A DNA stretch of 32,204 bases from a virus (IMGVR_UViG_3300042465_004912:1-32204), one strand, 5' to 3'. Counted from the first letter of the stretch, positions 1-9,097 are shown. Translations and numbers: made by a program. Notes: generated from the sequence alone by a model not told the origin.

Positions 1-6
1 CCGCTG

Positions 7-3000
7 ATGAACTACAACCCAGCGGAGCCTACAAAAACGACTGCCGCATGGGCATCGTCTCGTGAAGGGGTAGCCGCGTTGTTGCGGGACATGGCTAAAA
101 CCAACGTCATTTGGAAGGACAAGAAGGACGGGCGGCACTATGCCTTGCTTGCTCCCAACGCAATGGATCAGGAGACCCACAAGTCTAACGTCAACGCTGG
201 CATAGTTTTCGTGGCGGACATGGCGCACGCTGTTGAAACAGGGGTAATCAACAAGGCAGACAACGAAAAGCTGTTGGCCAACATCCGTTCCAAAAACAGT
301 ACTTTGGCCGCTTTCCCTGGCTTTACTGACCCCGGCGCACTTGGGTTCTTTGGCAACTTGAGCTTTGAAAACCGGGTAGTGGTTTTTGATGCTATGCAAA
401 CCGCTGAAGCCCTTGCCGCTGGGGCACCAGTAAGTGACGTAATGCTACTGACTACACGGGACCAATCCTATCATGGGGTGGAACCCGGCGCGATGTTGTC
501 GATGTTGCTTATCGATATTGATCGAATGGCAACGCAAGTTGACGGAAACTGGGTGCTGCGTAATGACCTGAGTGCAGCCGACTTTAACGTCCCTCCTCAT
601 TTGTCTTACGACACCATCATTCCGGGGCGATTGATTGCACACTTTAGAACACCGATCCCGCTGGACGTTGCGATCCCTGCAATGATCGTTGGTTTCAAAA
701 TCGCATCTGACGTCAAGAACACGGCAAAGCGGAAAATGGATCCGCCAAAACCTCCGGGTAAAGTGGGTCGCCCCGGCTACCTGCTTACCAAGCTTCCAAA
801 AGGCATCGATGGTCAGTTGCTCACCAAAACCTTGATGACGGCAATTGAGTCCGTGCAGGATTTAGGTAAAATGGGCATTCACCCGCCAGCGATCCGTGCC
901 CTTACGGATGCGGTAGAGGGCACATGGTTGACAGTAAATACCGAAAAGGGCGCAGGGTTGAAGGAATTTCTTAAAGCACAGGCGCGATCTGAGGCGCGAA
1001 ACACGCTGCGGATTTACTCCCAAAAGGAAATGATCGAGCTAGTAGAAGCCGGGACCGTTGAACTGTATGCCCTTGGCAAAGAAGTCGCCGAACGAGACGT
1101 TGCCTTTGCAATTCACAAAATGCCGGACGGCACCAAGGAGCTGCGATCTGCAATTAACAACACCGGGGTGAAGGGCATGCTGCCTTTAATCGTGGCGCGG
1201 GCAATTGAAGCAGGGGCAAATCGACTGGAAGTCTATGCCGTACCAACCAAAGCCAAGCCAAAGGGAGTGCTGCCCACTGCGTTTGCAAAGCACGGCTGGG
1301 TTCAACTTGGCAAGCGCATCCCATACGATCGCAACAAGCTTGGAACAACCGAAGCCGAACGGGCGCACAAGGAAGCGGCCTTGAAGGATTTGTGGATGTC
1401 TCAAGGTTGGGATGGACAAAAGATGCCGGATCGGGTAATCATGTCCCATGGAGGAATCAGAACAGAAACTATTGATGACCCGACTGGACTCAGCTTGGCC
1501 GAACGAAAGACTGCGGGCGCTCGGTCCACTCCAGACAAAACTGCTGCACAAATTCGTGGGGCAGTCGGTGACGGAATACAAGAAAATGTCCCCACCGGAG
1601 GAAGTGCTGGCGGGCCTGCTGCTGGACGTGGAAGAGTCCTACCCCGAGGAACTGATACCACTGTCCAAACTCTTGAGTCCGCAAACCTGACCCCGGCCCA
1701 GCTTCGGACACTTGGGCTGACTGCCGCAAGGTACGAGGCATTGAAGGCAATTGCGGCACAGGGTGCCGGTTACAGCATCAGCACCCGGCAGAAGGCATCT
1801 CTGAAGATGCAGATGACACGGGATGAAATCCTTGATGCCATCGACAAGAGCAAGGACTGGAAGGACTTCTACACCACTTACCAATACCTGCTGGACGAGT
1901 ACTTTGGGGAAGACTCAGCGGCGTTTCAGTCGATCCTGTCAATCACTTCGCAGGCTACTTCAGTCAAAGCCAACGTCGCCATTGCCCTGCGGATGTATGG
2001 GTACTGGAAGCGGGGCGAAGAGTTTGATGGCAAGAAGCGAGGGGAAGCAGAATCCGGTGCGCTGTCTGGGGTTCTGAAAAATCTGGAGCGGTGGCGTGAC
2101 GACGTTGCGCTGTCCGGGCGGAAGATTTCCAACTACCAAGCGGCCAACGAAGGCGGGGAAGGTGCGACCGAGAAGGTGGTGGTTGACCGGCACATTGCCA
2201 ACATGCTGTTTGGCACCAAGACCCCAACGGACGCGCAATACACCGAGGCTGAAAAGGTCTTGACCGAGATCGCCCAGAGCATAGGGTGGGAACCGCGACA
2301 GGTCCAAGCCGCCCTCTGGGCAGCATCCATTCGCAAATCAGGAACCGAACCAGCATCATATGACCAATACCTCAAAACCCTCCGAGAACGAGGAACCATC
2401 TACGAGAGAACTGGAGCAACTCCTGGAGGAGGTGGAATCTTTGCAGCAGGAGTCGAGCGACCAATTCGGCGACCTGTTACTCGCCGAGGTGCTCGAAAAG
2501 CTGGGACAGAACAGTACAGCATCAGCACCCGAGGAGGAGCAGGAGCAGGTGACGGAGGAGGAGGAATTGGAACTAGGGCAACTGCGCCTTTACGAGGTAC
2601 GCCATCGGTCCCAGGCTTTAACGGGCCGGATTCCCGATTGGTTACCGTTGCCGAAGACTACGCCAAAAGCATTGGAATCGAGCTTCGACGCCAGTCCGAA
2701 TACGCCACAGTAGACGATGACAGGGGCAAGCGGATTGCAGATGCCTACGAGGCAATGCCACATGCCCCGGACGATCCTGCCGTAAAGGAAGCTTATGATA
2801 ACCTGATAAGGCAGACTACCGCACAGTACAACGCACTGGTAAATGCTGGCTATAAGTTCTGGTTCATTGACCCAAAAATCCCAGGCAACGAAGCTTACGC
2901 AAGCTCCCCATATAACGCACTAAGGGACATCAGGAACAACCAGCAGATGGGAGTATTTCCCACACTTGTTGGGTTTGGCTCCGGCGATGCTGCGGCGGAT

Positions 3001-6000
3001 ACTAACCGGATGCTTGAAGAGACCGGCATTGAGTGGCCAAGGGGTGGCCTAAACGGACGCATGGGCAAGGTGCTTGCCAACGACTTATTCCGAGCGGTGC
3101 ATGATGCCTTTGGTCACGGTCTGGAAGGCGCTGGCTTCCGTGGCCGAGGAGAGGAGAACGCATGGCAGGCGCACGTTCGCCTGTTCACTGGCAGTGCGGT
3201 GGGGGCAATTACTAGCGAGACCCGTGGGCAGAACAGTTGGCTTAATTATGGCCCGTACGGGCAGGCCAACCGGAAAGCATCAACTGCGGACACCGTGTTC
3301 GCTGAACAGAAAACCGGACTGATGCCGGAGTGGACATGGACCGAGGGGAAGGTTGGCGACATGCCCGAAGAAGCACCGGCAGAAGACGGGTACAGCATTG
3401 CAAGCAGCAGCAGGCTGGAACGGATCATGGCACGGCTTGACGAAATCGCCATCGATCCCGAGGTGCGGTTTGACATGATGCAGCGGGCGAGTGCTGCACT
3501 TGCTAAAATGGCACGGGACATTGAGTTCCGTGATGATGTTGCTGTAGTTTTGAGCAGCGACGAAGCAGAGAAGTTCCAAGGGCAGCAGGCGAACGCTATG
3601 GCCCAGCTTATCGACCGATACAGTGCCGAGGAGCAGCAGAGGGTGCGCGACAACGAGGAAGCCATGAAGGCACTCAAGGCAGAGCATGAGGCGGCACTGC
3701 AAGACCTGAGCGTGAAAGCAGACATCGAGGCGGGAGGCGCACAGGAGGACGGCTGGACGACGGACCAGAAGGATGCGCTGAAGGTGCGGCAAAGGCTGGA
3801 GCAGACCACGCTCCAAGCACGGCAGCGTGCGGCGGTGGTGGCACTAGAGACTAAGCAACGCCGGGAAGGTGACGCGGCCAAGGCAAGCGAAGCGAAGGAA
3901 GTGGCACTGCTGAAAGAGAAGCAGGGGGCCGAGCGCAAGACCCGTGCAAAATCGGAAACAGAGCAGACCAAACGGCAGGACATGCTGGACGCTTTGTCCA
4001 CGTTGGACGCGATCCTGACCCCATTTCCTGCCGAGGTACGGACCAAAGTTGGAGGCTTTGTCTCGCTGGCTAAGCTGCGGACCAACGAGGCAATGGAAGC
4101 CTACCTCAAGGACCGGGTGGAGAAGCTGAACAACGCAGTCGAGAATTACCTTCGCAAAGACTACGTCGAGCAGATCAAAGACCTGATCAAAAAGGGCGAT
4201 GCCAAGCGGGCCACTGGCAAGAAACCTGGCGGCAAGTTGGGTGCAGAAGGGCACGTTCTGTTCGACGCCGTGAAGGCAGCGGCAGGCATGTCCGAAGAGG
4301 AGACCAACAAGGCGATCATGGCCCTTAGTGATGCCATTGAGAAGGCACGCATGGACGATCCTGACGCGGTGCCGGTGCTGGCTGAGAAGCTGCAAGCTGC
4401 GGTCATGTTTGGCGACCTGAACGGCAAGACCCGGACGGCACGGGACTTGGCCAACGCATTGACTTGGCTAAAAGAAAACTACGAACGGGAGCGGACCAAA
4501 TGGCGCATGGTCGAGGAAGCGCGACTTGCCGAAGTCGCACGGCTTTCGGAGTCAGGCGTAGACTCGCTTGATGGAGCTACCACCGACTCTGACCGGCTCA
4601 ACTCAACGGCTGAGCTTGGGGAGTTCCGCGCTGGATCGTCAGGATTCAGCGGTGCCATGCGGGCATTGTTTGGGAAGGACTCCGAGTTGTTCAAGCGGTG
4701 GACGGCAGCATCACGCAAAGCAATCATCCAACGGACCACTGAGTTCCAAGCACTTCAGAAAGACTGGCGCGACCTGAAGGACCGACTCTACGGCAAGGGC
4801 TGGAAGGGCGATCGGAAGTTGTACGACGACATCGTCGAGCCTGTGGAGAAGTCCGGCGTGACAATTACGGACAAGATGAAGAAGTCCCGCGAGACGATCC
4901 CGGTCAATACTGCCGAGAACATCCTTGCCGGGAAGGCACCGGAGATTGCAGAACAATACACCGACGCAGAGAAGGCAGAGATGCGAGTAGCACTGGATGC
5001 AAACGTCCTTGAGAAGCGACCGAAGGACACGATCTCCCTGACTAGGATCAGCGGCAGCACGGTGGGCAGCGAGATCATGCTTTCCCAAGGGCAGGCGATG
5101 CACATCTCACTTATGTGGCGGCAGGCGCAGGGACGGGCACCAATGGAGGCGCACGGGTACACTGAGGAGACCATCAACCAAGTGGAGGCGTTTATGTCGC
5201 CCGAGGCTAAAGCCATCCGCGACTGGATCGCTTCCCGGTACACCGCCGAGTGGGGAGACCTGAATGCAGTGTTCGCCGGTATGTTTGGCGTGAACCTGCC
5301 GCAAATTGAGAACTACTCACCGCTGACGTTCTGGAGTCAGCAGCGCAAAGAGCTTGCCAATCCTGACCCGAGCGGTGGTCCGATCATGGCGCAGGGCGGA
5401 ATGAGCACCGGAATGCTTAAAGAGCGTGTTGAAAAGCACGGAGCAGAACCACGGATCGTAAATGCCGTGGACGTCTTCTTCGACCACATGCGGCAGGTAG
5501 CCCACTTCAAAGCGTTTGCTGAGCTTGCGCGGGAAATGCGGGGCGTGATGAGCAAACCGGAAATGCGGCGGGCACTTGCAGTGAAGCACGGAGAGAACGG
5601 CACAAGGTTGATGGACAAGTGGATGGATGCCATGGAACAGGGCGGATTGACCCAGAAGCCGGGATGGTTTGAAAGCCAACTGGCAAACATGGGCGGGGCG
5701 CGGGCCGTGGCAGTGCTGGCTTGGAACTTCAAATCCGCCTTTACCAACGTTCTAAATTTGCTTGGCACTGCCCGAGTTATGCCGCCGGACCAGTACGTCA
5801 AAGGGCTTTTCCGTCTCTTCAGTGGACGACTCAACTGGTGGGTTGGCAAAGGCTCTACGTTCCAAAGCAGCGAGATCATCCAACGCCGCATCAATAGCGG
5901 GATGAGTCCCGAAATGCAGGCAGGCATGTCACGCATTGCCAACATGCGACCTAGTATGCTCAAGGCGTTCATGGAAGGCGGCATGGCCCTTCACGCATAC

Positions 6001-6900
6001 AGTGACGCAATCTTCACCAGTGGTTCCGTTGCCATTGCCTACGATTTCCATCTACGGGAGTTCCTCAAGGATGGCATTGCCCCAGAGGAAGCTCAACGGA
6101 TGGCACTGGCAGCGACCGAGCAGTCGATTGCTGACGTCACCCAGCCAACGGAGTTCCTCGATAAGAGCACCGTGGAGATGGAGCGCAACGCCATGGCGCG
6201 GGCGATCTTTTCTTTCCAATCCGATCCTCGGCAGAAAATGGCACTTCAGATGGAAGCCTACGCTGAGAAGGATTGGGGGCGGCTTGTTAAACTTGTGATC
6301 GTTGACCATGTGGTTACCGGCTTGATCATGCAGACGATCACCAACGCATGGCGCGATGCCAACGACGACGACGATGCCGACGACGTTTTTGATCCCCTGC
6401 ACTGGCAGTTGTCTGACTACCTCATTGCTGCGGCAATCGGGCCATGGTCTGCGTTGCCAATGTTTGGACCTGCCATCGATGCCGTTGGCGCTGCCTTTAA
6501 GAGCGGTCCAGCAATCAACGAGAGCATCCTGACCTCTGCCGGATCGTGGGCAGGGCGCGGGGTGCGGATGGCTACCTCAGAGAAGGGCAAGGTTGAGCCT
6601 TACGAGATGACCTCGGACGTCATCCGAGGCACGGCAATTGGCACTGCGATCATGACCGGAGATGCCCGGTTTGCGGTAGTGGCACGGGTGGGATCGACTG
6701 CCTTCGACTTGCTCGACAACTACATTGAAACCGCTGAAGAAAGCATCTCGCACGAACTCAAGATGCGCCGACTGAAGGACAAGGAACTAAACCCTCCTGC
6801 CGAGAAGACTGCCGAGGAGGAAGCCCAAGCCAAGGTGGACAAGGCGGCAAAGAACCTGCGGGAACTGGAGCGACTACGCGAGGAGCAGAAGGGCAAGTAG
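7..6900 (+). CDS. Giant modular internal-virion/ejection (polyvalent) protein, probably 5'-truncated. Contains GNAT-like, glycosylase-like and HDxxGH modules, then a long helical C-terminal region
   Basis: 2297-aa ORF whose frame is also open at 1-6 (CCG CTG), so it probably starts upstream. Lies just before the tail fibre, where podovirus ejection proteins usually sit. Motifs: ARAIEAGANRLEVY..LPTAFAKHGW (GNAT-like); WKDFY..SITSQ..KISNY..VVVDRH..QVQAALW; RAVHDAFGH..GEENAW..ETRGQNSW. Coiled-coil/helical C-terminal half. Confidence 0.75.
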   Translation: MNYNPAEPTKTTAAWASSREGVAALLRDMAKTNVIWKDKKDGRHYALLAPNAMDQETHKSNVNAGIVFVADMAHAVETGVINKADNEKLLANIRSKNSTLAAFPGFTDPGALGFFGNLSFENRVVVFDAMQTAEALAAGAPVSDVMLLTTRDQSYHGVEPGAMLSMLLIDIDRMATQVDGNWVLRNDLSAADFNVPPHLSYDTIIPGRLIAHFRTPIPLDVAIPAMIVGFKIASDVKNTAKRKMDPPKPPGKVGRPGYLLTKLPKGIDGQLLTKTLMTAIESVQDLGKMGIHPPAIRALTDAVEGTWLTVNTEKGAGLKEFLKAQARSEARNTLRIYSQKEMIELVEAGTVELYALGKEVAERDVAFAIHKMPDGTKELRSAINNTGVKGMLPLIVARAIEAGANRLEVYAVPTKAKPKGVLPTAFAKHGWVQLGKRIPYDRNKLGTTEAERAHKEAALKDLWMSQGWDGQKMPDRVIMSHGGIRTETIDDPTGLSLAERKTAGARSTPDKTAAQIRGAVGDGIQENVPTGGSAGGPAAGRGRVLPRGTDTTVQTLESANLTPAQLRTLGLTAARYEALKAIAAQGAGYSISTRQKASLKMQMTRDEILDAIDKSKDWKDFYTTYQYLLDEYFGEDSAAFQSILSITSQATSVKANVAIALRMYGYWKRGEEFDGKKRGEAESGALSGVLKNLERWRDDVALSGRKISNYQAANEGGEGATEKVVVDRHIANMLFGTKTPTDAQYTEAEKVLTEIAQSIGWEPRQVQAALWAASIRKSGTEPASYDQYLKTLRERGTIYERTGATPGGGGIFAAGVERPIRRPVTRRGARKAGTEQYSISTRGGAGAGDGGGGIGTRATAPLRGTPSVPGFNGPDSRLVTVAEDYAKSIGIELRRQSEYATVDDDRGKRIADAYEAMPHAPDDPAVKEAYDNLIRQTTAQYNALVNAGYKFWFIDPKIPGNEAYASSPYNALRDIRNNQQMGVFPTLVGFGSGDAAADTNRMLEETGIEWPRGGLNGRMGKVLANDLFRAVHDAFGHGLEGAGFRGRGEENAWQAHVRLFTGSAVGAITSETRGQNSWLNYGPYGQANRKASTADTVFAEQKTGLMPEWTWTEGKVGDMPEEAPAEDGYSIASSSRLERIMARLDEIAIDPEVRFDMMQRASAALAKMARDIEFRDDVAVVLSSDEAEKFQGQQANAMAQLIDRYSAEEQQRVRDNEEAMKALKAEHEAALQDLSVKADIEAGGAQEDGWTTDQKDALKVRQRLEQTTLQARQRAAVVALETKQRREGDAAKASEAKEVALLKEKQGAERKTRAKSETEQTKRQDMLDALSTLDAILTPFPAEVRTKVGGFVSLAKLRTNEAMEAYLKDRVEKLNNAVENYLRKDYVEQIKDLIKKGDAKRATGKKPGGKLGAEGHVLFDAVKAAAGMSEEETNKAIMALSDAIEKARMDDPDAVPVLAEKLQAAVMFGDLNGKTRTARDLANALTWLKENYERERTKWRMVEEARLAEVARLSESGVDSLDGATTDSDRLNSTAELGEFRAGSSGFSGAMRALFGKDSELFKRWTAASRKAIIQRTTEFQALQKDWRDLKDRLYGKGWKGDRKLYDDIVEPVEKSGVTITDKMKKSRETIPVNTAENILAGKAPEIAEQYTDAEKAEMRVALDANVLEKRPKDTISLTRISGSTVGSEIMLSQGQAMHISLMWRQAQGRAPMEAHGYTEETINQVEAFMSPEAKAIRDWIASRYTAEWGDLNAVFAGMFGVNLPQIENYSPLTFWSQQRKELANPDPSGGPIMAQGGMSTGMLKERVEKHGAEPRIVNAVDVFFDHMRQVAHFKAFAELAREMRGVMSKPEMRRALAVKHGENGTRLMDKWMDAMEQGGLTQKPGWFESQLANMGGARAVAVLAWNFKSAFTNVLNLLGTARVMPPDQYVKGLFRLFSGRLNWWVGKGSTFQSSEIIQRRINSGMSPEMQAGMSRIANMRPSMLKAFMEGGMALHAYSDAIFTSGSVAIAYDFHLREFLKDGIAPEEAQRMALAATEQSIADVTQPTEFLDKSTVEMERNAMARAIFSFQSDPRQKMALQMEAYAEKDWGRLVKLVIVDHVVTGLIMQTITNAWRDANDDDDADDVFDPLHWQLSDYLIAAAIGPWSALPMFGPAIDAVGAAFKSGPAINESILTSAGSWAGRGVRMATSEKGKVEPYEMTSDVIRGTAIGTAIMTGDARFAVVARVGSTAFDLLDNYIETAEESISHELKMRRLKDKELNPPAEKTAEEEAQAKVDKAAKNLRELERLREEQKGK
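1448..1690 (+). CDS. Candidate nested gene (+1 frame) inside the giant protein, 80 aa, acidic and Leu-rich
   Basis: ATG falls exactly where the GNAT-like module ends (PDRVIMSH). Product looks helical (PEEVLAGLLLDVEESYPEEL), while the host frame over the same stretch becomes a Gly/Arg/Thr-rich linker. Confidence 0.5.
   Translation: MEESEQKLLMTRLDSAWPNERLRALGPLQTKLLHKFVGQSVTEYKKMSPPEEVLAGLLLDVEESYPEELIPLSKLLSPQT
1771..1787 (+). repeat. 17-bp direct repeat TACAGCATCAGCACCCG, copy 1 (encodes YSISTR)
   Basis: Identical copy at 2515-2531 and partial copy TACAGCAT at 3391-3398, all in frame. Confidence 0.9.
2360..2713 (+). CDS. Candidate nested gene (+1 frame) inside the giant protein, 117 aa, very acidic
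   Basis: Starts just after the QVQAALW end of module 2. Amphipathic acidic helices (RELEQLLEEVESLQQE, DLLLAEVLEKL). The host frame reads as GGA-rich Gly runs, the expected shadow of GAG/GAA codons in +1. Confidence 0.5.
   Translation: MTNTSKPSENEEPSTRELEQLLEEVESLQQESSDQFGDLLLAEVLEKLGQNSTASAPEEEQEQVTEEEELELGQLRLYEVRHRSQALTGRIPDWLPLPKTTPKALESSFDASPNTPQ
2515..2531 (+). repeat. 17-bp direct repeat TACAGCATCAGCACCCG, copy 2
   Basis: Exact match to 1771-1787. Confidence 0.9.
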
Positions 6901-6912
6901 CCGAGGATTTCC

Positions 6913-6945
6913 GTCTTGATTTCCTCCGGCAAGGTAACCCGTAGT
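6913..6945 (+). promoter_or_regulatory. Putative late-promoter motif GTCTTG-N14-GGTAACCCGTAGT
   Basis: Same motif with the same spacing at 29161-29193. Both copies are intergenic and head a structural gene block. Confidence 0.55.
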
Positions 6946-6952
6946 CTCCCCC

Positions 6953-9097
6953 ATGGCACTGGATACTGAACTACGAGCGACAACCTACGCTGGCAACGGC
7001 TCGACTGCTTTAGCGTACCCGATCCTCTTCCCGTATCTCGATTCCGCAGACATCAAGGTGCAAGTGCAGGCGGCTGGCGCAGCAACGCCAACGGTGCTGA
7101 CCGAGTCTGCTTACACCGTGCATGATGAAGAGGATGACGGCGCACCATACGTCACGACGACTGCCGCCTATCCTTCGACCACTACCGTCCAGATTTTCCG
7201 GTTCATGGATTACCTTCAGCCGGTTGTCCTGCCAGAGGGCGGCAAGCTTTCGAGTGTCATCATTGAACAGGCACTGGATCGTGTGACCATGCTGGCAATG
7301 CAGGGCGGCGACGGTGGGTATACACTGCCTTCTGCCGGATCGCGGGACAGCGTAGTGTTTGCTGATGCCGGGGCAAGAGCAACAACGGTTGCCGCCCGTG
7401 TGGGACAACTAGGCGTGCAGACCGACAACGGCAGCGTCTGGCGGGCACTCTCAACCTTTGCTGGAGACTGGCAGGAGATCATGCCAGCGATCCGATCCAA
7501 CGAGCGTAACGTCCACACGCAGTCACAGTTGATTGCCGCCTTTACCGATACTGCCGCTTTGACCATCTACGTCCGCAAGGACATCGACCTGAGCGTGTCA
7601 ATGACGATGGGGGCCAATAAGACCTTGGTGATGGGTGACTACAGGTTCACCCAAGTTGGGGCAAGTACCCTTATTTTGATGGGAACGGTTGTGGCGGATC
7701 GTCGTCAAATCTTCTCTGGGTTTACCTCCGGCCAAATTACTGGAACCTTTGGGGGCGAGGTGTACCCGGAATGGTGGGGATTAGTTGATGGATACCACGA
7801 TATCGCCATCAATATGGCGATCAGGGCGGGGCGGCTGGCAACATCCAATTTCGGCATCAAGGTATCTCTCGGTCCACGACAGTATGATGTTTCGGCACCG
7901 ATTGACATGGCTTCGCAAAGCTGTTTTCTGGAAGGGCACGGAAGCGCCACAACCATCTTGATGAGCACAGCCAACTGGGACACCGCACAGTGGCTCAAGG
8001 CTGAACAGTGGGGTCCGGTCGATGATGTTTTGAACCACGCGGCAATGGTCTGGATCGGAGGGGAGCCTTTACCAAGCCCCCGCTTTGCGAGCACCTACAG
8101 GAACCAAGTGAGAGGCATTGGTATTAATTGTTATGCTGCCTCATTGGCTTACGCCGGGGTAAATCCCGTGACTAGGATCGGCACTGGAGCCAAGCGCGTT
8201 TCGGGCATCTCCAGTAAAGCCGGGGTGGAGGAGTGCTCCATCATTGATGATGTAGTGGTCAGTTACGCCAGCGGGTTTGGAATTGGGTTCTGCCGTCACC
8301 GGCAGGTGGGGCAGGCGTTCACCGCCGCCACCGTAAACGGATTGACTATTTCCAATTGTTGGATTCTGGGTCCGACGTTCCGTGACTCGGTCCCCATCAA
8401 CTTTAGCCAATGGACTAATAACTGCAAACTCTCGGTCACCACGGTGGACATCGGAGTGGCTAAGTCAATCAGTGCCGACTACGGGGTTGCGGTGGCAGGT
8501 GACCTGTCGGGCACTGGGGCAATCATCTACCCACTTCCCGCGTGGATTGTGACCTACCCTCTCGCTGCGATTGTGGCTCAAGGATTTGTCAGCATCGAGG
8601 ACGTCCACATCGAGGGTGCCACCATCGGGGTCCATGTGCTGGAAAGCTCTGGTATTAATAACGTCTACGTCCGAAACGTGAAGGCTTACGGCATGATGGA
8701 CCGGGCACGCAGCGCAGTCTATGAACTGGATGGCAAAAGCGGAGTTCCACCCACCAACACCGCCAATTATGCATACAGTTGTGCCGTAATGATTTCCGGC
8801 CAAGGGGAGGCAGCGGCCAACGGGCGCTTTAATTGGAAAGACAGGGTCTCGCTGCATAACATTAGTGTACTTGGGCTTTGTGCTTACATTGTACGAGATT
8901 CGATGTATGAGGTCGAGAGAACGTCATACGGCATGGGCGATGCCTACTCCCGCACTGCCGGAGTAGGTGGCATTGTGTCCTACATGCGTGGCAATGCATG
9001 GGTGGACAGTGCTGCGCCAGGTAGCACCGTCTGGAACTCCCCGGCAAGCGCACCACAAAAGGCAGAGCGGACCTACTTCATCGGACCTATTCACTAA
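6953..9097 (+). CDS. Tail fibre/tailspike: T7 gp17-like N-terminal anchor plus probable beta-helix (pectate-lyase-like) depolymerase region
   Basis: N-terminus TYAGNGSTALAYPILFPYLDSADIKV...EQALDRVTMLAMQ. VYPEWWG...IAINMAI..FLEGHGSATTI is a typical tailspike beta-helix entry, followed by V/I/G/N-rich strands. Confidence 0.8.
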   Translation: MALDTELRATTYAGNGSTALAYPILFPYLDSADIKVQVQAAGAATPTVLTESAYTVHDEEDDGAPYVTTTAAYPSTTTVQIFRFMDYLQPVVLPEGGKLSSVIIEQALDRVTMLAMQGGDGGYTLPSAGSRDSVVFADAGARATTVAARVGQLGVQTDNGSVWRALSTFAGDWQEIMPAIRSNERNVHTQSQLIAAFTDTAALTIYVRKDIDLSVSMTMGANKTLVMGDYRFTQVGASTLILMGTVVADRRQIFSGFTSGQITGTFGGEVYPEWWGLVDGYHDIAINMAIRAGRLATSNFGIKVSLGPRQYDVSAPIDMASQSCFLEGHGSATTILMSTANWDTAQWLKAEQWGPVDDVLNHAAMVWIGGEPLPSPRFASTYRNQVRGIGINCYAASLAYAGVNPVTRIGTGAKRVSGISSKAGVEECSIIDDVVVSYASGFGIGFCRHRQVGQAFTAATVNGLTISNCWILGPTFRDSVPINFSQWTNNCKLSVTTVDIGVAKSISADYGVAVAGDLSGTGAIIYPLPAWIVTYPLAAIVAQGFVSIEDVHIEGATIGVHVLESSGINNVYVRNVKAYGMMDRARSAVYELDGKSGVPPTNTANYAYSCAVMISGQGEAAANGRFNWKDRVSLHNISVLGLCAYIVRDSMYEVERTSYGMGDAYSRTAGVGGIVSYMRGNAWVDSAAPGSTVWNSPASAPQKAERTYFIGPIH

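Noticed and set aside
1413-1441. Internal promoter for the first nested ORF (TGGACA-N17-TAATCA)
   Set aside because: The -10 lacks the conserved final T; too weak to call without TSS data.
3074-3322. A third +1-frame ORF inside the giant protein
   Set aside because: It overlaps the motif-rich core of the HDxxGH module rather than a linker, and its Arg-rich composition is not protein-like. The same applies to 1823-2077.
3246-4085. 279-aa minus-strand ORF and the many other minus-strand ORFs
   Set aside because: Ser/Ala/Cys-rich antisense shadows of + strand genes, with no supporting signals.
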